DNA from: Scenedesmus sp. PABB004
Lineage: Eukaryota
Length of the DNA: 64,000 nt
Direction of reading: 5' to 3'
Assembly: GCA_014905635.1 (NCBI GenBank)
Contig: JABVCE010000002.1
Span: 2,356,001-2,420,000 of the forward strand
Part shown: piece by piece, positions 23,390 to 34,978 of the stretch
How the letters are laid out: the number at the start of each line of letters is the position of its first letter
Numbering within the stretch: the stretch's first letter is position 1
Made by a program: the position numbers and the translations under genes
Notes under the pieces: generated by a model
What the model was told of the DNA's origin: nothing
Database searches by the model: none
The model's input: the letters and a program-made list of their open reading frames with translations, nothing else

Positions 23390-26300
23390 CTAAAGGCCAT
23401 CCCCGGCAGCGGCCGCCACCGCAGGGGCCATGGTCCACTGCTGCCCTCCGTCCCGCGGCGCCGCAGCGGGCGGCGCCGGCGGCGACCGCGACCGCGGCTG
23501 CGCGCCGCCCCGGGGCATGCTGACCGGGCGCTCAGAGGCCGCGGAGCCCCGCCGCTGCTGGCCGCCCGACGCGCCGGCACTGCCCCAGCGCTGGCCGTCG
23601 TCGGGCGTGCCGCTGCTGCCCAGGCGCCGCTGCTGCTGCTCCAGCTCCAGCGCTGCGTGGCGCCACAGGTAGCCGCTCTCAGCTGCGCGCTGCTCCTGGT
23701 GCTGCTGGTGCTGGTGCTGCGACAGCGCCCCATGCGGCGCCGCCGCGGGCAGCAGCGGCACCAAGGCCTGCGCCGGCGGCTGCCGCTGCAGCGCGCGCCG
23801 CTGCAGCAGCGCCTGCTGCGCCAGCGCCTGTGCCTGCTGCGCCTGCCAGCGCAGCGCTCGCTGCTGCAGCTGCATCGCGCGGTGCTGCTGCAGCTGCAGC
23901 TGGCGCTGCCGGTGCTGGGCCTGCAGCTCGCGCAGGTGCTGGTGCACGAGCGCCTGGTACTGGCCCTGCAGCTGCTGCTGCTCGGGCGTCAGCCCCGGCA
24001 CGGGGCCCGCCTGCTGCGCCGCCAGTGCGACCAGCTGCTGGTGGTGGTGCTGCTGCTGTGGCTGCTGCTGCTGCGGGTGTGCCGCCTGCGGCGCCCGGCC
24101 CTGCAGCAGCTGCTGCCGCGCGCGCGCCTGCCTCGCGGCCCACCAGGGCGCCCAGCGCGGGAAGCGCGCGGCAAACTCCTCGTGCGGCGCCCGCAGCACG
24201 TCCAGCAGCGCCATGCCGCCCGCGTCGTGTGTGGCGACCAGGAACTCGAGTCGCTCAAACCGACTGTAGTTGGCGCCAAACGCGCCCTCCGCGGCGGGCG
24301 GCCGCAGCGCCGCCCACTGCTGCCGCCATGCCGGCACGAGCGCGAGCGCCGCGCGCAGCCGCGCGCCGCGCAGCAGCAGCCGCGGCGCCGGCAGCAGCAG
24401 CAGCCGCGCGCTGCGCGCCGCGACGGCGTACGCGAAGCCCTCGCTGCGGCCGAGCACGAGCGGCAGCAGCTGGTACGCGACGCGCACGGCCTCGAGGTCG
24501 GCGCGCAGCAGCGCGGGCGTCGTGTAGACGAGCGCCGCCACCGCGGCGCGGTCGCGGCGGAAGAGCGCCATCAGCACGCGCAGCTTGTTGTGCAGCACGC
24601 GGCTCGACATGCACAGCGCGCTCGGGAACGCGGCCGCGAGGCGCGCCGCGCACACGGGGCGCAGCCCGAGGATCGCGCGCAGCGCGCCCGCGCGGCGGCG
24701 CAGGCCCGCGCCCGAGTCGGACAGCAGCTCCGGCGCGGCCGCGACCATGCGCAGCGCGGCGGCGGGGCGCACGCCGAACCAGTCGCAGAGGCCCGACAGC
24801 CGCGCCACGACGCCCGGCAGCGGGCGGCCGAGCAGCGCGGGCGCGCGCACCGCGGCCGCGACGACCGCCGCCGGCGAGGCGAGGCCGAGCGCCGCCGAGA
24901 GCGCGGCCGCGGCGGCCGCCGCCTCGCCCGCGGGGCGCAGCAGCAGGCGGCCCGGGTGGCGGCTGGCCATGAAGGCGGCGGCCTTGTGGCTCACGCCTAG
25001 CGTGGCCGCCAGCTGCTGCACCGCGTCCTCGACCGCGCGCGGCTGCACCGCCACGAGCGCGGGGTGGCGCTGCAGCAGGCGCTGCGCGGCCGCCACCGGC
25101 ATGTGCAGCGCGCCCGCCAGCGCCGCCAGCTGCGAGTGCGACGCGGCGCGGGCTGCGGGGCGGGCGGGACGGCGTGCGGGCGTGGGCGGGCGGGCGGAGT
25201 GCGAGCGAAGCGGGCCGCGACGCAGCGCGGCCGCGGCAGGGCCGGGCGCAGCAGGCTCAGGCGCGGCGCGCAGGCCTCCCGCTCACCGCCTGCCGCGGCG
25301 GGGCCGTCCGCCGGCCGCATCAGCTGTGGCTGCAGGTCAGGCGCGCGCTGCGGGCGCTGCTGCTCCGTCGCCGACGGCAGCAGCTGCTGCCCAGCCGCGC
25401 GCGCGGAGCCGTCGCCCTGCGCGCCTTGGTCGCCGTTGCCGGCGCCGCCGCTGCTGCTGCTGCTGCTGCTGCTCTGCTGCTCCCTGCCTAGCTGCTCAGC
25501 ATCCGCACTGAACGCTCTGCTGCTGCGGTGCCCGTTGCTCAGCAGCCGCGCCGCCGCCAGCGGCTGCTGGACGTGGTGGTGCTGCTGCTGCTCTCCAGGC
25601 AGCACCTGCTGCCCAGTGTTTGCGCAGCCGTTGCTGCGCTGCGGCGCACGTGGCCCGCCTCCGCCGCGACCGTTGCTGCTCGCCCGCTGCTGCGGCGGCT
25701 CGGGCGCGCCGTTGACCTCCGGGTGCTGCTGCTGCTGCTGCTGCTGCAGCTGCTGCAGCTGCTGCTGCTGCAGCTGCTGCTGCTGTTGCTGCTGCTCCCG
25801 CTGTCGCACGGCGCTGCTGCCGTTGCCGCCGCGCGCCGGCGGCCCGGCCACGCGGCCCATGCGCTGCTGCGCATGGTGCTGCTCGTGCAGCTGCTGCGCC
25901 GCGCCCGCAAGGTGGTGGCCCAGCGGCTCCTGCTCCTGCTCCTGCTGCAGTTGGTGCTGCTGCTCCGACGGCAGCTGCGGCGGCAGCGGCGCGCGGCGCG
26001 CGCGCAGCCGCTGCTGCGGCGGCGCGCCGACGACCGCGACCTCCCCGCTCTGGACGCCTGCGGCTGGGGGAGCGAGAGCGGCGGGGGTGGGGGGCGGGGT
26101 TGGGGGCCGCCAATGAGGGCCCCGCGGGGCCGGCGCTGCGCCGGCGCGCGCCGCCGCGGCGGCGGGCGGCGGCGCCGCTGCTGCCGGCGCCCTCCCCTCA
26201 CCTGGTCGCACGCCCTGGCGACGCGGCCGCGGCTCACGGTGCGGCAGCACCTGCGTGTGCGGCCGCGTCAGCAGCGCGCCGCGCAGGCGCGGCGTGGGCG

Positions 26301-26394
26301 CCGGGAGGCGGGCGCATCCGCTGCCCACCTGTCGCGCGCCGGGCCGGAGCCCGGGCGCCGCGCTGGGCGGCCCAGCGAGCGCGCCCGGCCTCAT
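23390..26394 (-). CDS. mTERF-like helical repeat protein with polyQ tracts
   Basis: Repeated units of ~35 aa (LLQRHPALVAVQPRAVEDAVQQLAATLGV; AAVRAPALLGRPLPGVVARLSGLCDWFGV; AAAFPSALCMSSRVLHNKLRVLMALF); intron 25286-25130. The 5' exons are less certain. Confidence 0.65.
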
Positions 26395-27271
26395 GGCGCG
26401 CGTGCATGGGCCATGGGCGCCCCAATGCGCCCCCGCGGGCGCGCGCAGGTCGCGGGCGTCTGCTGCGCGCGGGCGTCCGCGGCCGGCCTGCGAACGCTGT
26501 TCTGCGGTGCTCTAGGAATGCTCGCGGGCGATGGCGGTCGAGATCTGAACTGCGGGCGCGGGCAGTTCTGCGGGTGGTCTGGGCCCACGCGTCACAGCCG
26601 CCCGCAAGGACGATCCCCGCAGTCTCCGCACGCTCCGGCCGAGGCCGGGCGCGCAGGCTCCGCTGCCGCCGCCGCCGCCGGCGCGCCGCGACGTCGGCGC
26701 GCGCGCTGCTGCTCTCCGGCTGCGCCCGCGCGCGGCTTTCGTCGGGCGCGGCCTGCCGGCACGATGTTGGGCGCGGCTGGCCGCGCGGAGAGTCGGGCGC
26801 CGCTCGGCGCCGCCCGCGGCCGGGCTGCGGCGCACGCGGCTCCGCGCTGTGCGCGGCCGCTGCGCGGGCCCAGCGGCGGCGCCGCCGGCGCGCCGCGCGC
26901 GGGCGGCAACCGGCGCGCCCCCCCAACCACGGGGCCGCGCAACTGCACCCTGCCGCCCCCGCCGCGCCTCCGCCCGCCGCAGCGCGACGGCCCCGCGTGC
27001 GCCAAGCTGTCGGAGGGGGCGTGCGGGCGCCGGCCCCGGCGCCAGCCGCGGCGCCGGGGGCCGGCCGCGGCGCCGCCGCGGCGCCGAGATTGCGTGCGGC
27101 GCGCACGCGAGCACGCCGCGCCGCCGCCGCCGCCGCCGCCGCCGCCACGCGCGCCGCCCCTGCCCCGCGCAGCGCGCTCATGCCGCGTGCTCACGCGGCG
27201 CGCCGCGCAGCGGGGCGCCGGCGCCGCGCGGCGCGGCCTGGCGCACTGATCACCGCACGGGCGTGCGGGCA

Positions 27272-27351
27272 GCGCCGCCGTGCCGAGCGAGTGCGTGCCG
27301 TCCTCCGCGACTGAGGCACGGACGGCACGTACTCGCTCGGCACGGCGGCGC
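27272..27351. ncRNA. Long inverted repeat / candidate pre-miRNA hairpin 1
   Basis: 32-bp stem, 27272-27303 paired with 27320-27351 (one G-T wobble on the + strand); 16-nt loop; weaker pairing extends to 27262/27361. Confidence 0.45.
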
Positions 27352-27586
27352 CGTCCGAACGAGGCGCTGCGCGGGCGCTCGGCCGCCGTCGGCGGCGCCG
27401 CGACGGCGGGCGGTGCGGGCGGGCGGCGGCACGCGCGGCGCAGCTTGGCAGCCACCGCTGGTGAAGCGGCGCGACCTGGGCCGCCGCCGCGGCGCCGGCG
27501 CCGCCGCCCTGGGCGGACATCGATGTCCGCAATGGTGGGCCTGACCGGTGCCAGCGTCGCCGGCACGCTGGTGCGGCTGATGTGCC

Positions 27587-27692
27587 GCTGTCGCCGTGCA
27601 GCAAGCAGAAGAAACTGCTTCGAGCGCTGCAAGCAGTTCCTTCTGCTTGCTGCGTGGCACGCCGTTTCTTCTGCTTGCAGCGCGGCGACAGC
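27587..27692. ncRNA. Candidate hairpin 2 with one 5' arm and two alternative 3' arms
   Basis: 27587-27620 is near-complementary to both 27631-27658 and 27664-27692. Confidence 0.4.
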
Positions 27693-28101
27693 ACCGCCGC
27701 GGCTCGGTTTGGGCGCCACCCGCAGCACAGCACGGGGGCGCGCAGAGGCCGGCCGCGCGGAGCGCCAGGCGCCGCCCGCGCTCGGCGACCGCACGCAGCG
27801 GCGGCGTGCTGCGGAGGCGCGGGCCCAGCGGCGGCGGCGGCGGTCCTGCTGGCGGTGCTGGCGGCGATCGGTCTGCGGCCGCTTGCGGCGCCGCGTGCGG
27901 GCGCGCGCGGCAACCGCTGCGCCCCAACCGCGGCGGCCGCGCTGCACCCTGCCGCCGACGGCGCCCTCCCCGCACTCACGCGCGTCGCCGCACGCCAGCG
28001 CACCGCCTGGGCGAACGGCAGCGGCGAGACGGAGCGGCTGGGCTGGCGGGGAGCAGCAGTTGATCGATGCGCTGAGCGCCAGGCGCGCGACGGCCACCAT
28101 C

Positions 28102-31100
28102 ATGGCGTCAGGCGCCAGCCTGATGCAGATAGACCGCTCCGCCACCGTGGCCTTCGCGCCCGGCGGCCCGTTCCTCGCTGCGGGGACGGTGGCGGGGGCC
28201 ATCGACATGTCGTTCAGCACCAGCAGCGTCCTGGAGGTGCGGCGCCCGCCCCCGCCCGCCCACGCCGGCGCCCGGGCCCGCACTGACGGCCTCGGGGAAA
28301 CGCCGCAGGTGTTCGGCCTCGACTTTGCGGCCAGCGACGCGGGGCCCTCGCTGGCGGGCAGCGTGCCCGTGCAGGAGCGCTTCCACCGCCTCGCGTGGGG
28401 CGCCAAGCCGTCGGAGGCGTCGGGCCTCGGGGTGCGGGCGCCGGGGGCCGGCCGCGCGCCGCCGCGGCGCCGCGATCGCGCGCGGCGCACGTGCGACCGC
28501 GCCGCGCCGCTGCTGCCGCCGCGCCGCGCCGCAGTGGGGCATCCTCGCCGGCGGCCTGGCCGACGGCTCCATCTGCCTCTGGAACCCGGCCGCCATCATC
28601 GAGGGCCAGGGCGGCAGCGCGCTGCTGTCAAAGATGCAGAAGCACACCGGCGCGGTGCGCGCCGCGGCAGCGGCGCGGCGCCGCCGCCGCGGCGGCGACG
28701 GCGGCGGGCACGCGGCGGCGGGCGGGCGGGCGCCGACCGGGGCCGCGCCCGCACCGCCCGCACCGCGCGCACCACGCCGCGCGCAGGTCAAGGGCCTGGA
28801 GTTCAACGGCTTCAGCCTCAACCTGCTCGCGTCGGGCGCGGCCGACGGCGAGCTCTGCATCTGGGACGTCGCCGCGCCGGCGCAGCCCTCGCTCTACCCG
28901 GCGCTCAAGGTGCATGCGGCGCGCGCTGCCAGCGGAGCGGCGGCGCCGGCGGCGCTGGTGGCAGCACCGGCACTGGCAGCGGCGGCGGCAACCGCCGCGG
29001 TTGTTGGAGCGGTTGCGCGCCGCGCGGGCGCAGCGGCGGGCGCCCACGCGCGCGCGCCCGCGCGCCGCGCAGGGCCCCGCCGCGGGCGCGGCTGCGGGCG
29101 CCGCGCCGGAGATCACCTACATCAGCTGGAACAGGAAGGTGCAGCACATCCTGGCCTCCACGCAGGTGCGGCGCGGGCTGGCGCGGGCTGGCGACGGTTC
29201 AGCGCGGGCGCCGCGCGGCGGCAGCGGCGGCGGCGGCGCGGCGCGGCGACGGCGCGCGGCCCCCCGTCCTGCGCAGGTCGACGGCGCCACGGTGGTGTGG
29301 GACCTGAAGAAGCAGCGGCCCGTCATCACGCTCAAGGACCCCAACAGGTGCGGCCGGGGGCGCGCCGCGCACCGTGGCACCGGGCCAGCGCGCGCCCGGG
29401 CGCAGCCGCCCGCGCACGCCCCGAGCCCGCCCGCGCGCCTGCCCGCGCGCCCGCCCCCGCGCCGCGCAGCCAGCGGCGCTGCTCGGTGCTGCAGTGGAAC
29501 CCGGACGTCGCGACGCAGCTGGTCGTCGCGAGCGATGACGACCGCAGCCCCACGCTGCAGATGTGGGACCTGCGCAACAGCATGTCGCCGGTCAAGGAGT
29601 TTGTGGGGCACACCAAGGTGTGCTCCGGCGCGGCCGCGCGCCGGCGCCAGGCGCGGCGACGGCGCGCAGCGCGCCGGCGCCAGGCGCAGCGACGGCGCGC
29701 AGCGCGCCGGCTGCCTCGCCGCCGCCCGGCGCGGCCCGTCGACGCCGCCGTGCTGCCGCCGTCCATGCGCTGTCGTGCTGTCGCGCAGGGCGTGCTGGGC
29801 ATGTCGTGGTGCCAGCAGGACCACAGCCTGCTGCTCTCGTGCTCCAAGGACAACCGCACCATCTGCTGGGACGTCAACACGACCGACGTCGTGTGCGAGA
29901 TGCCCAGCCAGGACAACTGGAGCTTCGACGTGCAGGTCCGGCGTGAGGCGCGGCCCGCGGGCACGCGCCCGCAACGCCGCGCGCCCCCTGGCGACGCCCC
30001 GCCGACGCGGGCGCCGCCGCGCGCGCCGCCGTGCCGCCGCGCAGTGGAGCCCGACCGTGCCCGGCGTGTTCTCGACGTCCACCTTCGACGGCAAGGTCTC
30101 GCTCTGCAACGTCCTCTCCTGCACCAGCGGCAGCAGCGTGGAGACGTTCAACGCTGACTTCAGCGTCTCAACCGCGCTGGGTGCGCGGCGGCGCCGCGGG
30201 CGGCCCCAGCAGCAGCAGCTGTGCGGCGCAGCGGCGCCGGCCCCGCGCCGCGCCGCCCCTGACGGCGCCGCCGCCGCCGCAGGCGACGTCAAGCCTTTGA
30301 AAAAGGCGCCCACGTGGCTGCGCCGCCCCGCGGGCGTGTGCTTTGGCTTTGGCGGCCGCCTGGTCAGCTTTGCCAACCACAAGCAGCAGGTCACCGACCC
30401 CATGTCGGGCCAGGTGCGGCCCGTGGACACCGGCACCATCAGCGTCACCCAGGTGGTCACGGAGCACGAGCTGGTGGCGCACAGCGAGGCGTTCGAGTCT
30501 GCCGTCGCGGGGCGCGACCGCGCCGCGCTGCAGGTGCTCGCGCCGCGCCGCCGCTGGCCGCTGGCGTGCCCTTGCGCCGGGCGGCCCGCACCGCCGCGCC
30601 GCCCGCGCCGCGCTCGCGCCGACGCCGCGCCCCCGCCGCGGCGCCGCCGCCACGCCCGCCAGGAGTTTTGCGCGGGCAAGGCCGCCGCCGCGGCGGGCTT
30701 GGGCGCGGGCGAGGAGGCGGAGACGTGGACATTCATGGGGGTGCTGTTTGAGGACGACGCGCGGCGCCAGCTGCTGGCCAAGCTCGGCTTCAGCGAGGCG
30801 CTGCTCGCCGGCGCGGGCGGCGCCGGCGCGCCCGCCGACGGCGGCGCGCCGGGCGGCGGCCCGGCGCGCAAGTCGAGCGTCGGCCTGGCGGAGCAGCAGC
30901 TCACGTCGGCGATGGAGCAGCTGGGCGTCGGCGACGGTGCGCGCGCCGAGCTGGCGCGCGCGCGGCCCGGACGCGCCCGCCGCCGCGCTCACTGCGCTGC
31001 CGCCGCGCGCCGCCCCGCGCCGCCCCGTGCTGCCGGCTGCGGCGCCGCAGGCAAGCCTGTAATCGAGGTGCCCGGCGGCGAGGACTTTTTCAACCAGGCC

Positions 31101-32386
31101 GACGACCCCCACGGCTTCTTCGACTCGCTGCCGGACCAGCCCTCGGGCGACCACGGCGCCGCGGCGGCGGCCGCGGTGGCCGCCGGCGGCGGCCTCGCCG
31201 GCACGAGCAGCCTCGGCGGCGGGGGCGGGTCGATGGGCGCCGCCGGCCTCAGCAACGGCGGCGCGAGCGAGCCGGCGACGCCGATGGGCGACCCCAACCA
31301 CGTGCCCGAGGGCGCGGAGCGGGTGCGCGCCGCGCCCGGCCGGCGCCCGCCGCCCATCGGCAGCCGCACACAGCAGCGCCACGCCGCGATCGCTCTCTCG
31401 CGCGCGCGACGCCGCCTCACCGCCACCGCTGCGGGCAACCGCCGCACCCGCAGGAGGACGACATCCAGAAGGCCATCTTTGTGGGCAACTATGAGGGCGC
31501 GGTCGACACCTGCCTCAAGGTTTTAGGGTTCAGGGGGCGCCGCGCGCGCCGCCCGGCGTCCGCCGCCGCAGCCGCGCTGCCGCCCCCGGCCGCGCCGGCG
31601 CGCCGTCGCCGACCCGCCACCCGCCGCGGCCCCGCCGCCGCCAGGTGGGGCGCCTCGCGGACGCGCTGCTGATCGCCAACATCGGCGGCGGGGAGCTGTT
31701 CAAGAAGACCATGGCCCGCTACATGCGGCGCAACCCGCGGCCCTACATGGCGGTGCGGCGCCGCGGCCGCGCTGGCGCGCGCGTGCTGGGCGCGCACCGC
31801 ACGCACGCACGCACGCACGCACGCGCCGCGCCGCGCCACGCGCCGCCGCCGCGCCGCGCCGCGCGCGCCAGGTGATCAGCGCGATGGTCGACGGCGACTA
31901 CATGTCGCTGGTCAAGACGCGCCCCGTGGGGCAGTGGCGCGAGACGCTCGCCGTGCTCGCGACCTACACCGGCGCCGACCAGTGGGCGGGCCTCTGCGAC
32001 GCGCTCGCGAGCCGCCTCGGCCAGACCGGCATGCTCCACGCCGCGTCGCTCTGCTACATCTGCGCCGGCAACGTCGACCAGGCGCGCCGCCGCGCACACG
32101 CACGCGCCGCCGAGCTGCCGAGCCCCGAGCCCCGCCGGGCGTCGCCCGTCGCCCTGTGCGCCGCGCCTGCGCCGTGACGCGCCTCCGCGCCCTCCGCGGC
32201 GCGCAGGCGGTGTCGTACTGGTCGCGCGCGGTGCGCGGCGGCGGCGGCGTGGAGGCGCTGCAGGGCGTGATCGAGAAGAGCGTCGTGCTCGGCCTCGCGA
32301 CCAACACCGCCACCGCGTCGCCGAGCCTCGCCGACCTCGTCACGACCTACGCCAGCACGCTCGCGACGCAGGCGCGCGCGTGAAAA

Positions 32387-32425
<39 letters not shown>

Positions 32426-34270
32426 GCTGCGCCGCCTGCGCGCGCGCGCCGCGCGCCCGGCCGACCGCACGGCACACCCGCCTCTGCCGTCGCAGGGCCG
32501 GCTGGGCGCCGCGCTGCGCTACCTGGACATGGTGCCGGGCGAGGCCTCCACCAGCGTCGCGGTGCTGCGCGACCGGATCTTCAGGTGCGCCGGGGCGGGG
32601 ACAGGGGGGCTCGTCGCGCCCTGCCCCGAGCGCAGGCGCCCAGGGCCGCGCCGACGCTGACGCTGCCGCCGCCGCACCGCGCCGCGCAGGAGCGGCGCGC
32701 CGAGCCTGCCCGCGGACGCCGCGGCGCCGCCGTTCCCGTTCCAGGCGGAGGACATCCGCCCTGCGGTCGACCAGGGCGCCGCCGCGCAGGCGGCCGCGGC
32801 GCAGCAGCAGTATGCCGGCTACGGCGCGCCCGCGGCGGCGGCGGCCAACCCGTACACCGCGGGCGGCTACGGCGCCGCCGGCGCCGCGCCGCAGCAGCAG
32901 GCTGGCGGCTACGGGCAGCAGGCCGGGTACGGCGCACCTGCGGCCACGCAGGGCGCCGGCGGCTACGGCGCCGCGGCGGCCGGCGGCTACGGGCAGGCCG
33001 CCGGCGGCGGCGGCTACGGCGCCGCGCCGCAGCAGGCGGGCGGCTACGGGCAGCAGGCCGGCTACGGCGCACCTGCGGCCGCGCAGGGCGCCGGCGGTTA
33101 CGGCGCCGCGGCGGCCGGCGGGTACGGGCAGGCCGCCGGCGGCGGCTACGGCGCGGCGGCCGGCGGCGGCTACGGCGGCTACGGCGCGGCGCCGCAGCAG
33201 CCCGCAGCGGCGGTGTACCAGCCAAAGCGCGGCGGCGCCGTGCCGGCGCCGCCGCCGCCGCAGCCGTCGTTAACGCCCGCCGCGCCCGCGGCGGCTGGGC
33301 CGCCCGGCGGCGCCGTGCCCGTGCCGGGCGCGTTCACACCGGCGCCCGTCGCGCCGGGCAGCGGCGGCATGGGCGGGGCGCAGACGACCGTCGCGCCGCG
33401 CGCGGCGTTCACGCCCACGGCGTCGGCCACGGTCGCGCAGCCGCCGCCGGCGGCCGCGGCGGGCTACGGCGCGCCGGGCATGGCGCCGCCGCCCGTGGCC
33501 GGCCCGCACGGCTCCATGGCGCCGGGCGGCATGCTCGGCGGCGCGCCGGGGTCGGGCAGCTACGCGCCTGCGGGCATGGCCGGCGGCATGGGCGGCGGCA
33601 TGGTCGGCGGGCTCGCGCCGCCGCCGGCGCACGCGGCGCCGCCGCCACCGCCGCCGGGGCCGCCCGCGCACATCAGCATGGCCACGGCCGACGTCAGCAA
33701 GGTGCCCGCGGACCAGCGCGGCGTGCTGGGCAGCCTGGGCAACCTCTTCAACGCCTGCATGCCCCTCGCCAACACGCCAGGTGCGTGTGTGTGTGTGTGT
33801 GTGTGTGTGCGTGTGCGTGTGCGTGTGCGTGTGCGTTGTGCGCGCCGCCCGGGGCTGGGCCCGCCTGGCGGCGCCTGCCGGGCGCCGCTGCCGCCGGCTC
33901 ACGTCGCCGCCGGGCGCCGCCGACCTGCAGCGCGCAAGCGCGAGATGGATGACAACAGCCGCCGCATCGGGGGCCTCTTCTGGCGCCTCAACGAGGGCCA
34001 GGTCGCCCCGCACGTGGTCGCGAAGCTGCAGGCGATGTGCGCCGCGCTCGACGCCGGCAACTGGCCCGCCGCGCAGCACATCCAGGTGCGGCGCGCGGCG
34101 CCGGCCGGCCGCGCGGCGCGCCCGCGGCGCGGCGCGACCGCGGCGGCAGGGGGGCTGACGACGCCGCCGCCGCGCCGCAGATCGAGCTGACGGCGAGCGA
34201 CTGGGACGAGTGCGGCGTGTGGCTGACCGCGCTCAAGCGCCTCATCAAGATCCGTCAGTCCATGGGCTGA
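28102..34270 (+). CDS. SEC31: COPII coat protein Sec31, multi-exon
   Basis: LAAGTVAGAIDMSFSTSSVLE; WD40 repeats (RFHRLAW, LASGAADGELCIWD, ISWNRKVQHILAS, LQWNPDVATQL); KKAPTWLRRP; Pro/Gly-rich region; C-terminal KREMDDNSRRIGGLFWRLN...WLTALKRLIK. Confidence 0.95.
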
Positions 34271-34978
34271 GATGCGGCGACGTGCGCCGCGCAGCGGGCG
34301 GGCAAACGCGCGGGGCAGCGGGCGGGGCAGGCGGGCCAGGGGGCGGGCGGGCGGCGGCGCCCGTGACCAGGGGCGGGCGGAGGCGAGCGCCGGGGGCTGG
34401 GGCGGCGGGAACGGGGGCGCATGCGCATCGGCGGCGGTTGGCAGGTGGCGGTTCGGTCGCGCGCGCCGCACGCCGCGCGGCAGCTGCCGCGCGGGTGCCG
34501 TTCGCCAGACAATGGCGGAGGCGCCGAGGTAACTCGTGAGCGCGCTGCGCGGCGGGAACGGGGGCTGGCGCAGGCGGCGGCGCCGCCGTTGGTCACCGCC
34601 TGACCGGGCAAGAAGGCCGCGACCGGGGCCGCGGGCCCCAAGATAAGAATTCGACTTATGATGATGCTCCCGCGCCTGCCGGCGGGGCGTCAGCGTGCTC
34701 CAGCGCGCGGGGCAGGCCGCGGGGCGGGAGCGGTCCGGTCGCGCGCCGCGATGAGCCGTCCATCATAAGCTCCGAGCCCCCCTCCAGCTCGCCCTGCTGT
34801 CTGGTTGCTTTTTACCGAGGCAGCCAAGCTCCAGCAGCGCCACGCCCAGAGGTCCTGAAGTTGGCCGCGCCTCCTCCCCGCGCTTGCGGCCCCCGATCCC
34901 TGCAGCGCGTGCCCACGCTCGAGAGTTTTTACATTCCTCACCTCCTGCCGGCTGTGCGAGCTACGCCGAGTCGCAACC

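Noticed and set aside
26764..27249. Possible small gene starting MLGAAGRAES
   Set aside because: No recognisable domain and no convincing exon chain; it may be non-coding leader for the hairpin region.
31522..31535. Telomere-like TTTTAGGGTTCAGGG in a Sec31 intron (also CCCTAACCCTGACCC at ~61314)
   Set aside because: Only one or two degenerate units, too short to call an interstitial telomere or telo-box.
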